The notes beneath the pieces are model-generated. The model saw only the letters and a list, made by a program, of their open reading frames with translations, was not told the origin of the DNA and ran no database searches. A DNA stretch of 64,000 nucleotides. Origin: an uncultured Spirochaetota bacterium (GTDB lineage: Bacteria > Spirochaetota > Spirochaetia > SZUA-6 > Fen-1364). Made by a program: the position numbers and the translations under genes. The stretch lies in contig CAWAHW010000007.1 of assembly GCA_963781885.1 (NCBI GenBank), positions 320,001 through 384,000 of the forward strand. The letters are read 5' to 3'. Below are positions 21,842 to 31,688 of this stretch, piece by piece (the first letter of the stretch is position 1; each line of letters begins with the position of its first letter).

Positions 21842-22555
21842 ATGAAACGAAACGCTCTTCTTCTGCTCGTCGCCGTGTTCGTGCTGAGCGGCGCGGCGCT
21901 CTTCGCGGCAGATCTCACCATCAACTACCAGGTGAACACCGTGGCGAAGGACTACACGGGCAACTACCTGTCGTTCAAGGGCGCGATCAACTCCATCGAC
22001 AAGGATCAGTTCGTGCCCGGCGCAGATGCGACCTCGGGGGCGAGCAAGCTCGAGTCCACCGAGGTGTTCAACGCCTATCGCTTCGACGTGAAGGGCCAGC
22101 CGACCCTCCCCAGCGCCCTGCGCTTCATGCTGCTCTATGCCGTTGCCAATGACAGCATCCGCGTGGGCGACAACCTGAACGTGGCAAAGGAAGCGAGCGG
22201 GGCCATCCTCATCCGCTTCGTTCACCGCGGGACGGCATTCGAGGTGCTCACCGATGCGGCGGGAAAGCTCATGCTTCCGTCCACGGCGGTGAGATACCGG
22301 GTCATCGGGCACACGGACAACACCATCTCCACGGACTTTTCCCCGACCGGCAAGACGGTCGACGTCGACTGGAAGAAGGTGTGGGACGCGGCGATTCCCG
22401 ACGGCAAGGCCATCGGCACCACGGGCACGAAGACGGGCAAGATCACCCAGGACCTCGCGACGTCGAATATCTTTGTCTGGACGGGCGCGTACCAGTTCGC
22501 CTTTGACGGCAAGATTCTGAGGCTGTACGCCGGCCTGGACGCGAAGAAGCTCTAG
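21842..22555 (+). CDS. exported hypothetical protein
   Basis: GGAGG SD, signal peptide, own terminator. Confidence 0.8.
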   Translation: MKRNALLLLVAVFVLSGAALFAADLTINYQVNTVAKDYTGNYLSFKGAINSIDKDQFVPGADATSGASKLESTEVFNAYRFDVKGQPTLPSALRFMLLYAVANDSIRVGDNLNVAKEASGAILIRFVHRGTAFEVLTDAAGKLMLPSTAVRYRVIGHTDNTISTDFSPTGKTVDVDWKKVWDAAIPDGKAIGTTGTKTGKITQDLATSNIFVWTGAYQFAFDGKILRLYAGLDAKKL

Positions 22556-22573
22556 GGGGCTTTGCACAACGAG

Positions 22574-22601
22574 GGGCCGACCGTGCGGTCGGCCCTTTTT
22601 T
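22574..22601 (+). terminator. intrinsic terminator
   Basis: GGGCCGACC-GTGC-GGTCGGCCC-TTTTTT. Confidence 0.85.
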
Positions 22602-22654
22602 CGCCGCCGATGGTGCCGCGGAGATGCTATACTCTCCCCTGTCGGGAGGACGCC

Positions 22655-23158
22655 ATGGATGTCCATCGCTTTCAGGGCTTCGACATGGTTCTGGTCTGCG
22701 GGCTGCCGGGGTCGGGGAAGTCCCATTTCGCGAGCACGTATTTCAAGACCACGGGGCACATGCGCGTCAATCGCAAGGAGATCCGCCGCCTGCTCTTCGA
22801 GATGACCCACTTCGGCCAGAAGTGGACGGAGAAGGACTTCGCGGCGTCCGACGAGTTCCTGGTCAACCACGTGGAGCGCAAGATCGTCGAGCACCTCCTG
22901 CAGGCGAAGCAGAAGGTCCTCATCGACAATACCAGCGTCTCGCGCGAGTCGCGCAAGCCCTATATCGTTCACGCGCGCCAGACCGGCAAGAGCATCGGGG
23001 CGATCTTCATCGACACGCCCGTGATCAAATGCATGGAACGCAACAGGTCTCGTGAGGACTCCGTCCCCGAACGCACCATCGCCAACCTCGCCGCGGAAAA
23101 GGAGCTGCCCGAGATCGCTGAGGGCTACAAGGACGTCCTCGTCATTGACTCCTACTGA
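22655..23158 (+). CDS. AAA_33/polynucleotide-kinase-like P-loop protein
   Basis: CGLPGSGKS, IDNTS, RNRSR; GGAGG SD. Confidence 0.8.
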   Translation: MDVHRFQGFDMVLVCGLPGSGKSHFASTYFKTTGHMRVNRKEIRRLLFEMTHFGQKWTEKDFAASDEFLVNHVERKIVEHLLQAKQKVLIDNTSVSRESRKPYIVHARQTGKSIGAIFIDTPVIKCMERNRSREDSVPERTIANLAAEKELPEIAEGYKDVLVIDSY

Positions 23159-23180
23159 ACCGGCGGGATACCCTTCGGCC

Positions 23181-24509
23181 ATGGAGCAGGACCGCCTCCG
23201 CGAGCACGTCGACACCATCCGCGAAGTCTTCAGCTACATCAAGCAGTTCAGCGGGACGACGTTCGTCGTGAAGATCGATGACGTGGTGATGGGAGATCCC
23301 CTTTTCTCCGTGCTCGGCAAGGACCTTGCGCTTCTCCACGAGGCCGGCATCGGGATCGTGATCGCGCCCAGCGCCAAGGAGCGCATCAACGAGGTCCTCG
23401 CGAAGTACGAGGTGCCGTACAAGGTCATCAAGGGCGTGCGCGTGACCAGCGACGAGGCGATCCCGTTCATCAAGATGGCGGCCTTCGACTCCTCCAACAG
23501 GGTGATGACGATGCTGTCGGCGAACGGCATCACGGCGGTCATCGGCAACTGGGTGAGGGCGCGCGGCATCGGGGTCATCGACGGGGTGGACTTCCAGAGC
23601 GCCGGCGTCGTGGAGAGCGTGCGCGTCGAATCCGTGCGCGAGATGTTGGAGGACGGGGTCGTGCCCATCCTTCCCTGCATCGGGTGGAGCTCGGTGGGAA
23701 AGCCGTACAACATCTCCTCCAACGAGCTTGCCGTGGTCGTGGCGACGACGCTCGGCGCGCAGAAGCTCATCTTCGTCACCGCACGGCCCGGATATGACGC
23801 GCAGTCCTTCGTCGTGCCGGAGACGGTGCCGGTGGCCCCGGGCGGGAGGCTTGCGAATTTCAGCCTGGCGGACCTCGACGCTTTTTTTGCCGCGAATCCC
23901 GGCCGGGAGCTCGACCTGGAGCTGCTTCACCGGGCGCGGCGTGCCTGCGCCGGCGGCGTCGAGCGCGTCCACATCCTGGACGGCCGGGAGGAGGGGGTCA
24001 TCCTCAAGGAGACCTTCTCCAATCTCGGATCGGGCACCATGGTGTACTCCAACCGCTACGGCGGCATCCGGCCCATGACGGCGAACGACATCTCCGACGT
24101 GCTGCGCATCATGAAGCCCTTCGTGGACACGGGCGTCCTCGTATCGCGGACGGAGGCGCAGCTGGAAGAGACGCTCGCCGACTTCATCGTGTTCGACGTC
24201 GACGACTCGGTGCACGCCTGTGCCGCGCTGCACGAGTTCCCGGAAGGGCTCGCCGAGATCGCCGGCATCGCCGTGGACGAGCATTTCCTCCATCTCGGCG
24301 TCGGGCCGAAGCTCGTTGATTTTCTCTGCGAGAGGGCGCGCCAGAAGGGCCTGCGCGCGGTCTTCGTGCTCACCACGCAGACGGCGGACTGGTTCCAGAA
24401 GCTGGGCTTCGCCGAGGCGGACCCCGCCGCCCTGCCGGAGAAGAAGCGGCTGTCCTACAATCTCCAGCGGAAATCGCGCGTGTTTCTGAAAAACCTCGCG
24501 GGGGCCTGA
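23181..24509 (+). CDS. argA: amino-acid N-acetyltransferase (AAK plus GNAT)
   Basis: SYIKQFSGTTFVVKID, GVDFQSAG, ETFSNLGSGTMVY, VFVLTTQTADWF. Confidence 0.88.
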   Translation: MEQDRLREHVDTIREVFSYIKQFSGTTFVVKIDDVVMGDPLFSVLGKDLALLHEAGIGIVIAPSAKERINEVLAKYEVPYKVIKGVRVTSDEAIPFIKMAAFDSSNRVMTMLSANGITAVIGNWVRARGIGVIDGVDFQSAGVVESVRVESVREMLEDGVVPILPCIGWSSVGKPYNISSNELAVVVATTLGAQKLIFVTARPGYDAQSFVVPETVPVAPGGRLANFSLADLDAFFAANPGRELDLELLHRARRACAGGVERVHILDGREEGVILKETFSNLGSGTMVYSNRYGGIRPMTANDISDVLRIMKPFVDTGVLVSRTEAQLEETLADFIVFDVDDSVHACAALHEFPEGLAEIAGIAVDEHFLHLGVGPKLVDFLCERARQKGLRAVFVLTTQTADWFQKLGFAEADPAALPEKKRLSYNLQRKSRVFLKNLAGA

Positions 24510-24572
24510 GCCGCGACATGGGCCTCCGTTCCCTTGGATGAGATTGACGTCGACTAGCATTTGTTAATTCAG

Positions 24573-24590
24573 CGTTGCACAATTGCAACG
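24573..24590. promoter_or_regulatory. palindromic candidate upstream activator site
   Basis: CGTTGCA-CAAT-TGCAACG, about 90 bp upstream of a -24/-12 site. Confidence 0.55.
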
Positions 24591-24677
24591 TCAGGATACC
24601 GGTGAGACCGTCCGCGGGGTTTGCGACGCCAAACTTTTTCCTGAAAAGGAATTAGATGCGCTCTTCCAGTCCGGCCA

Positions 24678-24693
24678 TGGCACGGATGTTGCT
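24678..24693 (+). promoter_or_regulatory. sigma54 (-24/-12) promoter
   Basis: TGGCAC-GGATG-TTGCT matches TGGCAC-N5-TTGC. Confidence 0.75.
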
Positions 24694-24716
24694 TGTTTAA
24701 AGGATGGAACAGGGAG

Positions 24717-26179
24717 ATGAGCTCAGAGCCGCTCAAGACTTTTCCCGGCAATAAGGGATCCTCTCACGCCTATCCGCTCGTGCCCATCGTCGTCATCGAT
24801 GACGAGGCTTCCATCTGCACGCTCATCCGGCGGACGCTCGAAATGGCGGGCATCACCAATGTCATCGCCTGCGACGATCCGCAGCGCGCGCGGGAGGTCG
24901 TGAGGAAGAGCGGCGCCTACATCGTGATCCTTGACCTTGTGATGCCGCGGCTGCGGGGGGAAGTCCTCCTGGAGCAGCTGCGGGCGATGACCGCCAACCT
25001 GGCCGCCATCATGGTCACCGTCACCGACGATCCACAGAAGATCGTCGAGTGCATGCGGCTGGGCGCCGTGGATTACCTCGTGAAGCCCATCGAGAGCGGC
25101 AGGCTCGTCGCGGCGGTGCGCCGGGTGCTGGAAAACGACGAGCTGCGGAGCGAGAACCGCGACCTGAAGAACCGCGTCATCAACAAGCGCCTCGAGCATC
25201 CCGATGCATTCGCGCACATCATCACCGCCAATGAGAGGATGCAGGCGCTTTTCCTCTACACCGAATCGGCGGCAAAGACGTCGCAGGCGGTGCTCATCAG
25301 CGGGGAGACGGGCGCGGGCAAGGAGCTTTTCGCGCGCGCCGTCCACGACGCGAGCGGCCGGCCGGGACAATTCGTCGCGGTGAACGTCGCGGGGCTGGAT
25401 TCCGAGATGTTCAGCGACACGCTCTTCGGCCACGGCGCGGGGCCTTCACCGGGGCAGTGGCGCCGCGGCAGGGGCTCGTGGAGGCGGCCACGGGCGGGAC
25501 GCTCTTCCTCGACGAGATCGGGGACCTCCAGCAGGCGGCGCAGGTGAAGCTGCTGCGCCTCCTGGAGTCCGGCGAATATCTCCCCCTCGGCTCGGATCAC
25601 CCGCGCATGTCCAGCGCGCGCATCGTCGCCTCGACCAACCGGGACCTCCGCCTGCTCCAGGAGAACGGCGCTTTCCGCCGGGACCTCTACTTCCGCCTGG
25701 GCACGCATGAGATCGGCATCCCGCCGCTTCGCGAGCACCTCGACGACATCCCCTTGCTCGTGCGCCATTTCGCCGACAGCCTCGCCGCGGAGCTGGGCCG
25801 TCCTGCCCCCGACGTGTCCCCCGCGCTCATCGACTGGCTGCGGGGTCACACCTTCCCGGGCAACGTGCGGGAATTGCGATCCATGATTGCCGATGCGCTG
25901 AGCCACGACGGCTCGGGCCTGCTCTCCCCATCGTCCTTCCGGCCGCGGCAGGCGCCCCCGGCGGGAGAACGCGGCGCACCGGGGACCGCCGCCGAGCCCA
26001 CCTTCGGCGCCGTGCTGCCCTCCATACGCCACTGCATCGATGCGCTGATCGCCGAGAGCCTGCGGCGCACCGGCGGGGTCCAGGCTGACGCGGCGCGCCT
26101 GCTGGGAATTTCCGCCGCGGCGCTCAGCCGCCGGCTCTCGCGCCACAGGACCCCGTCGCGCGGGGGGACGGGAGAATGA
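24717..26179 (+). CDS. sigma54-dependent response regulator, REC-AAA-HTH (frameshift near 25435)
   Basis: VIDDE, LDLVMP, GETGAGKE, GAFTGA restored across the shift, LFLDEIG, FPGNVREL, AARLLGIS. Confidence 0.9.
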
Positions 26180-26619
26180 GCGGCCGCCGGCGGACCGCTT
26201 CCCGCGCGACGCCGCCCTTTCCCCTCCTCACCGGCGCGCAGCACGGCCTGCTCGTGCTGGCGGCGCTCTGCGCGGCCGGCGACGTCGCCGTCCACCTTTC
26301 AAGCGCGCATGTCTCCCTGCTCCTCGATCTGTGGGCGGCGGCGATGCTCTTGGGCATGCTCGGTGTGTCGTATGCCCTGCGCGTGCTCCGGAACGGTTTT
26401 CGCCTGAAAGCCCGGATCGGGCGGGACCGACCCGCCTTTCCCGCGATCGTTCCCATCTGCGCAGAATGCAAGAAGATACGCGACGACAATGGGAGGTGGC
26501 ACCGGGTGGAGGACTTCATCTCTTCGCGCACCGGCGCGATCTTCACGCACGGAATCTGTCCCACCTGCGCGAAGAAGTACGACCCCGATCCCCCGCGCGG
26601 GCCTACTGGACGCCCTTGA
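26176..26619 (+). CDS. membrane protein with a C-terminal Cys4 module
   Basis: Two hydrophobic helices then PICAECKKIRDD...THGICPTC; ATGA overlap with the regulator. Confidence 0.7.
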   Translation: MSGRRRTASRATPPFPLLTGAQHGLLVLAALCAAGDVAVHLSSAHVSLLLDLWAAAMLLGMLGVSYALRVLRNGFRLKARIGRDRPAFPAIVPICAECKKIRDDNGRWHRVEDFISSRTGAIFTHGICPTCAKKYDPDPPRGPTGRP

Positions 26620-28870
26620 AGGCGAAAAACTCCTTGTATTGGAGGTCTTCAATGAGGGTGTGCTTGATGAGCCAGTCCTTCAGGTAGTCGACGATGGTCT
26701 CCGAGCGCGGCCGCGCGCGTCTCTCTCCCACCCGCACGAACAGGGCGAGCCGCTCCAGGAGCGCGGCATGCTCGCGGCGCTGGACGGAAAGCCGCGGGTA
26801 GTCGTTGCTCTCCATGTAGCCTTCCTCCGTGGCGAAGTGGTCGCGCGTGAAACCCAGCAGCGCTTCCTTCTGCTCGTCGTGGCCCTGGATGGCGCCGCTT
26901 TTTCCGATTGCCTCGGAGAGCGCGTTGACGAGGGAGAACAGGGTGCGGTGCTGGTCGTCGAGCTCCTTCACCCCGACGCGGAACGACTCGGACCATTCGA
27001 AGCGGAAGCCGGCGCGGAAGCTGCGCAGCCGCCGCTCGAATGCCTCCAAGAGATCCCACTGCACCACCGGGATGTTGGTGAGGATGTCGGCGGGGATGGC
27101 GTAGAAAACCGAGTCGGAGGCGGCGCGCGCGGTGCAGAGCGTCGGGGCCGCGCTTGCGACGCGCTCTTCCCCCCAGAAGCCGCCGGGCCCGATCGTCTCA
27201 ATGAGGCGAGCGCCCATGACGATGTCCACCTCGCCGGACGCCAGGAGGAGGAGCTCGGGCGACGCGTCGGGAACGGCCGTGCTTCCACGCGCGAGGCTGC
27301 GCCTCTCCATGGAGGCCGCGATGGCCTCGCGGACGGTCCGCAGGCGGACGGTGTCGAAGAGCGGACAGCGGCCGAGCGCGGCCATGGCCGCCCCTTCGGC
27401 GGGTGCGGTGGGCGCAAGCGCCGCCGTTTCCGCGGGCCGCGGCGGTCCGGGAATCAGCACGTCCACGTCGCCGAAGGAAACCATCGCCGTCTCCCGCCCG
27501 GGAATGCCGGTGCCGGCCGAGACGCCGTGGCTCAGGAGCAGGCGCACGGAACGGTCACCGGCGAAATCCGCCGCATTACCGTGAATGAGGCCGCCGCCGC
27601 CGTCGATCTTTTTCACGTCCGCCGGATCGCGCAGGGCCTTCAGAAACGCGGCCTTGCCGGCCGCCGAAAGGGCCGCACCGTTGGGGCCGGGCGCCGACAG
27701 CTTCTCTATCACGTCGATCGATGGAATGTCGGCGAGATGCGCGTAGACCTTGGCCGCGCCGCCTTCGCCCGCCCGGAAAAAAAAGATCGTCGTCTCCACG
27801 GGATGGGGGGAATAGACGGGCTTCGCCTCGACGCCGTTGATGGGGTTCCAGGCACCCGGGACCAGGTCGTGCACGTCGAAGAGCCGGTGGAACCGGCTCT
27901 CATCGATGCGCATGAGGGCGGCGAGCTTCTTCTGGACGCTCGCGCGCACCCAGGGAACCGCGTAGTAGGCCAGCCGCCGCTCCGAGCGCACCAGCGAGGT
28001 AAGGCCCGCGAAATGGTCGTCGTGCGCGTGGGTGTGGAATATGCCCTGCACATCCGCCGGCCCCAGGCCGAGCGCCTCCAGGGATTTCGTGATGTTCGGC
28101 CCGGCATCGACCAGGTACAGCCGGCCCTCCACGCACAGCATGCTCCCCATGCAGGGCCGGCGCACGTCCCAGCCGTCCCCTTCGCCCATGTGGATGATGG
28201 AAAAACGATCGCGGGAAAACGACCGCGGGGGCAGGTTGTAGGGGGCCTGGTAGCTCTCTTCCGCGCCGAGAGAAAGGTTCACTTCGACGGACTGGCCCGC
28301 ATGGAGGAACTCGTACCGGTTGAAGCCCTTGCGGTGGACCACCACACCGGGGGCAAGACCCACCGCGTCAGCATCCAGCGCGCGCGTTTCCACCAGCTCC
28401 GCAGTATCCCTGATCCTGCCGAAGCCGAACCACCTCTTGATGGCCATCATCTCGGCTGCTTCCGCGGCGGAGACGCCACAGGCGACAAGCTCCTCCTCCG
28501 ATGCCAGGCCATAGTTTCCCCGGAAGAAATACGCCGCCTGGGAGCGCACCTGGTCGCCCAGGCCGATCAGGAGGGGCTTGCGGCCGCTATTGCCAGGATG
28601 GCCGGGAATGATCATGCCCTGCCGGTAGAACATCTGCAGGAGCACGAACTCCGAAAGATTCGTGAAGCTGCCTTTCTGGATGGGGGTGTCGGAGAGGAGG
28701 ATGGCGTTGGGCCCGGTTTCATACTCCACGCCGTCGCGCCGGATCGGCGCGATGAAGCCGCCCTTGATGAGATGCTTGACGGTGTCCGCCGGGCAGCCGC
28801 AGAGGATGCGCAGGTCCGCCTCCGGTATTTCAACCCAGAAAATGCCGTTGGCGACTTTTTGTATCTTCAT
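26603..28870 (-). CDS. MBL-fold, cNMP-binding and bacteriohemerythrin fusion protein
   Basis: HTHAHDDH; GFWGEE; W...DDQH...HFATEE...H...WLIKHTLIED. Confidence 0.85.
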   Translation of the reverse strand: MKIQKVANGIFWVEIPEADLRILCGCPADTVKHLIKGGFIAPIRRDGVEYETGPNAILLSDTPIQKGSFTNLSEFVLLQMFYRQGMIIPGHPGNSGRKPLLIGLGDQVRSQAAYFFRGNYGLASEEELVACGVSAAEAAEMMAIKRWFGFGRIRDTAELVETRALDADAVGLAPGVVVHRKGFNRYEFLHAGQSVEVNLSLGAEESYQAPYNLPPRSFSRDRFSIIHMGEGDGWDVRRPCMGSMLCVEGRLYLVDAGPNITKSLEALGLGPADVQGIFHTHAHDDHFAGLTSLVRSERRLAYYAVPWVRASVQKKLAALMRIDESRFHRLFDVHDLVPGAWNPINGVEAKPVYSPHPVETTIFFFRAGEGGAAKVYAHLADIPSIDVIEKLSAPGPNGAALSAAGKAAFLKALRDPADVKKIDGGGGLIHGNAADFAGDRSVRLLLSHGVSAGTGIPGRETAMVSFGDVDVLIPGPPRPAETAALAPTAPAEGAAMAALGRCPLFDTVRLRTVREAIAASMERRSLARGSTAVPDASPELLLLASGEVDIVMGARLIETIGPGGFWGEERVASAAPTLCTARAASDSVFYAIPADILTNIPVVQWDLLEAFERRLRSFRAGFRFEWSESFRVGVKELDDQHRTLFSLVNALSEAIGKSGAIQGHDEQKEALLGFTRDHFATEEGYMESNDYPRLSVQRREHAALLERLALFVRVGERRARPRSETIVDYLKDWLIKHTLIEDLQYKEFFAFKGVQ

Positions 28871-28954
28871 TGCGTCGGATGGCGCTCCTGTTCACTATTA
28901 TACGCCATCCATGGCAATCTTCAATTGAACGGGGCAATGGCGGGAGGTGCCGAG

Positions 28955-29239
28955 GTGGGTTTCAATCTGGAGGTTTTCGGTTCCGCATTCATCATGATTT
29001 TTCTTGCCGAGCTGGGCGACAAGACGCAGATCTCCACGTTCGCCTTCGCCTCGGAGACGCGCTCGGTCCTTTCAGTTTTTCTCGGCGCTGCCCTCGCCCT
29101 GGTCTGCACGACATTCCTCGGTGTCGTGCTGGGGAGCGCCGTCGGCAGGTTCGTGCCGGAGCGCATCATGAAGTTCGTGGCAGCGGCGGTTTTCCTGGGC
29201 TTCGGGGCATGGACCCTCGTCCAGGCGATAAAGGGCTGA
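28955..29239 (+). CDS. TMEM165/GDT1 (UPF0016) family protein, single repeat
   Basis: FLAELGDKTQ motif, three TM helices, GGAGG before GTG. Confidence 0.85.
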   Translation: MGFNLEVFGSAFIMIFLAELGDKTQISTFAFASETRSVLSVFLGAALALVCTTFLGVVLGSAVGRFVPERIMKFVAAAVFLGFGAWTLVQAIKG

Positions 29240-29241
29240 CC

Positions 29242-29715
29242 GTGCCGGGCATCATCAGGCGCTGGATACTCTCCCGGGTGCTGGGAAGCGCGCTGGCCTT
29301 CGAGGGGGAAGCAATCGATGCCTACCGCGACATGCAGGAGCGAATGAGAAAAAGAGGCGGCGCCTGCGACGAGTCGCTGGAGAGCGGTATCTGCCATCTC
29401 CTGGAAGAAGAGGAGATGCATCGTCGGGTGCTCACCGATGCCGCGAATGGCAGGCTGTCGGAGGAGGAATTGGAGAGAATGCTGGGAGGGCACGCCTCCA
29501 GAGGCCCCGCGGCCCTGCACCCGCTCCCGGGCGATGAGCGTGAGCTCTGGCGCCCGGATCTCGAGCGCTCCCTCGACCAGGAGCAGAAGACCTGGGTATT
29601 CTACGGGAACCTCCAGCGCATCAGCAAAATTCCCGCCGTGAAGAAGGCCTTTGCCGTGCTCGCGAGCATGGAGCACGAGCACGTCGACATCCTTCGCACG
29701 CTCCTGGGCCTGTGA
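29242..29715 (+). CDS. ferritin-like (rubrerythrin-type) diiron protein
   Basis: AFEGEAIDAY...EEEMH and EQKTWVFY...MEHEH ExxH pairs. Confidence 0.7.
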   Translation: MPGIIRRWILSRVLGSALAFEGEAIDAYRDMQERMRKRGGACDESLESGICHLLEEEEMHRRVLTDAANGRLSEEELERMLGGHASRGPAALHPLPGDERELWRPDLERSLDQEQKTWVFYGNLQRISKIPAVKKAFAVLASMEHEHVDILRTLLGL

Positions 29716-29743
29716 ACGGGCGGCTCGCGCGCACCGCTTCTCC

Positions 29744-29772
29744 TTGACACCACCACCCCGTACAACTATCCT
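29744..29772 (+). promoter_or_regulatory. sigma70 promoter
   Basis: TTGACA-17 nt-TATCCT. Confidence 0.65.
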
Positions 29773-29805
29773 TTTCAATACAAAGAAAAGGCAGACGGGG
29801 GCCGG

Positions 29806-31296
29806 ATGTCTACTGAAATAGACCTGACGCAGATAAAAAGGGCGGCGCACAGCGCGGTTCCGCTCTCCTTCAAGACGTACACGCTCCCGCACGAAACGGA
29901 AATCTACCTCGACAAGGTTCTGGAGAGCTTTCTCACGGAGCTGGGACAGGAAAAGCTGAAGGAGCCTCTCTCCTACTGCCTGCGCGAGCTCGCGGTGAAC
30001 GCGAAGAAGGCGAACACCAAGCGCGTGTACTTCCTTGAAAAAGGACTCGACCTTAACAATGAGAAGGAATACGAGTCCGGCATGAAGTACTTCAAGCAGG
30101 AGACATTCGACAACATCCAGTACTATCTGCAGAAGCAGAAAGAGCTGGGCATGTATATCAAGGTGATCTTCCAGACAAAGGGGCCCACGCTCAGCATCAT
30201 GGTCCGCAACAACGTGGAGATCACCAAGAAGGAACAGATGCGGGTCTTCGACCGCCTGGCCCGGTCGCGCGCTTTTTCCTCGCTTGAGGAGGCCTTCGCC
30301 ACGGTGCTGGACAGCTCGGAAGGGGCGGGTCTGGGCATCGTCATCCTCGTGCTCATGATGAAGAAGATCGGTCTGAGCGAGGACTGCTTTTCCATCGACT
30401 CGGAGGACGGGGAGACGGTGGCGAGCATCACCATCCCGTTCTCGGAAGTGCACCTGGAGCAGCTCGACACGCTCACCCAGACCATCGTCAAGGAGATTGA
30501 GACACTTCCCCAGTTCCCCGACAACATCGTCAATCTCCAGCGTCTCATCGCGGATCCCAACGCGGAGATCACCGACATCGCCCGGGAGATCAGCGTCGAC
30601 CCGTCCATGACGGCGGACCTTCTGAAGCTCGTGAACTCCGCGCAATTCATGCTGCCAAAGCGCGTGGACAACATCGTGGAGGCGGTGAAGCTCGTCGGCA
30701 CCAAGGGCGTGCGCAACCTCCTCTATTCCTACGGCACCCAGAAGGTGATGGGGGAGAAGTACAGCGAGATGCGCTCCCTCTGGCAGCACTCCTACAAGTG
30801 CGCTTTCTACGCCTACTACATCGCCAAGAGCTTCAAGAGGAAGAAGGAGCTTCTGGACGATGTCTACGTCGGCGGCATCCTCCACGACCTCGGGCAGATC
30901 GTCATCGCCTCTCTGCATCCCGACCTGCTGGACCGCATCACGAAGGTCTGCAAGGACAAGGGGATTCCTTCGCGGATGCTGGAGAACTTCTCCGTGGGTC
31001 TCAACCACGCGGAGGTGGGCGCTCTGATCGCGAAGAAGTGGAACTTCCCGGAGCAGCTCGTGACGGCCATCCGGTTCCACCACGAGCCTCTCCAGGCCCC
31101 TGCCGGCGGACGCGACATCGTCTACTGCGTCTACCTTGCCAACGCCATCTGCGACATCGAGCGGGAGCGCATCATCTTCGACCAGATCCAGACCCCTGTT
31201 CTCAAGGATTTTGGGATCGAGACGGAAGACCAGCTCATGAAAATCCAAGAAAAGCTCTCCAAGATGTTCGACGACCAGCGCCAGAAGTTCCAGTGA
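29806..31296 (+). CDS. HATPase-like plus HDOD domain protein
   Basis: ELAVNAKKAN and GAGLG; DPSMTADLLKLVNSA, LWQHS, LHDLG, HAEVG...WNFP...FHH. Confidence 0.85.
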   Translation: MSTEIDLTQIKRAAHSAVPLSFKTYTLPHETEIYLDKVLESFLTELGQEKLKEPLSYCLRELAVNAKKANTKRVYFLEKGLDLNNEKEYESGMKYFKQETFDNIQYYLQKQKELGMYIKVIFQTKGPTLSIMVRNNVEITKKEQMRVFDRLARSRAFSSLEEAFATVLDSSEGAGLGIVILVLMMKKIGLSEDCFSIDSEDGETVASITIPFSEVHLEQLDTLTQTIVKEIETLPQFPDNIVNLQRLIADPNAEITDIAREISVDPSMTADLLKLVNSAQFMLPKRVDNIVEAVKLVGTKGVRNLLYSYGTQKVMGEKYSEMRSLWQHSYKCAFYAYYIAKSFKRKKELLDDVYVGGILHDLGQIVIASLHPDLLDRITKVCKDKGIPSRMLENFSVGLNHAEVGALIAKKWNFPEQLVTAIRFHHEPLQAPAGGRDIVYCVYLANAICDIERERIIFDQIQTPVLKDFGIETEDQLMKIQEKLSKMFDDQRQKFQ

Positions 31297-31400
31297 TCGC
31301 AGGCCCGGACGGAGGTCGTTCGTCTCCGCCGTCCTGGCTGCCTTGACGCCTTGCCCGCTGCATATTATTATTCATATATATCAGTTCCAGGAGCAAAGTC

Positions 31401-31631
31401 ATGGCAGTGACGATCTATACGACACCCACCTGCGGCTATTGCAAAGTGGCGAAAGAGTTCTTTAGGACGCAGCACGTTCCCTACACCGAGTACAATGTCG
31501 CCTCCGACCAGCGCAAGGCGGAGGAAATGGTGCGGAAGTCCGGACAGATGAGTGTGCCGGTCATCGACGTGCATGGAAAGATAATCGTCGGTTTCAACAA
31601 GCCCGAGATCGAAAAGGCCCTCCGCAGATAG
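31401..31631 (+). CDS. glutaredoxin/NrdH-like redoxin
   Basis: TPTCGYC, SGQMSVPVI, VGFN; TTGACG-17-TATTAT at 31343-31371. Confidence 0.9.
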   Translation: MAVTIYTTPTCGYCKVAKEFFRTQHVPYTEYNVASDQRKAEEMVRKSGQMSVPVIDVHGKIIVGFNKPEIEKALRR

Positions 31632-31688
31632 CGCGATCCCAAGCGCCGCGCTCGTCCCCGCCGTCTAGTCCAGCGAGGAGAGCATTCC

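Noticed and set aside
26489-29239. 916-aa plus-strand ORF
   Set aside because: Antisense shadow of the hemerythrin gene; only 28955-29239 is a real gene.
28921-31248. 775-aa minus-strand ORF, and similar long ORFs such as 41384-43390 and 49457-51157
   Set aside because: Antisense shadows typical of high-GC codon usage, with no motifs.
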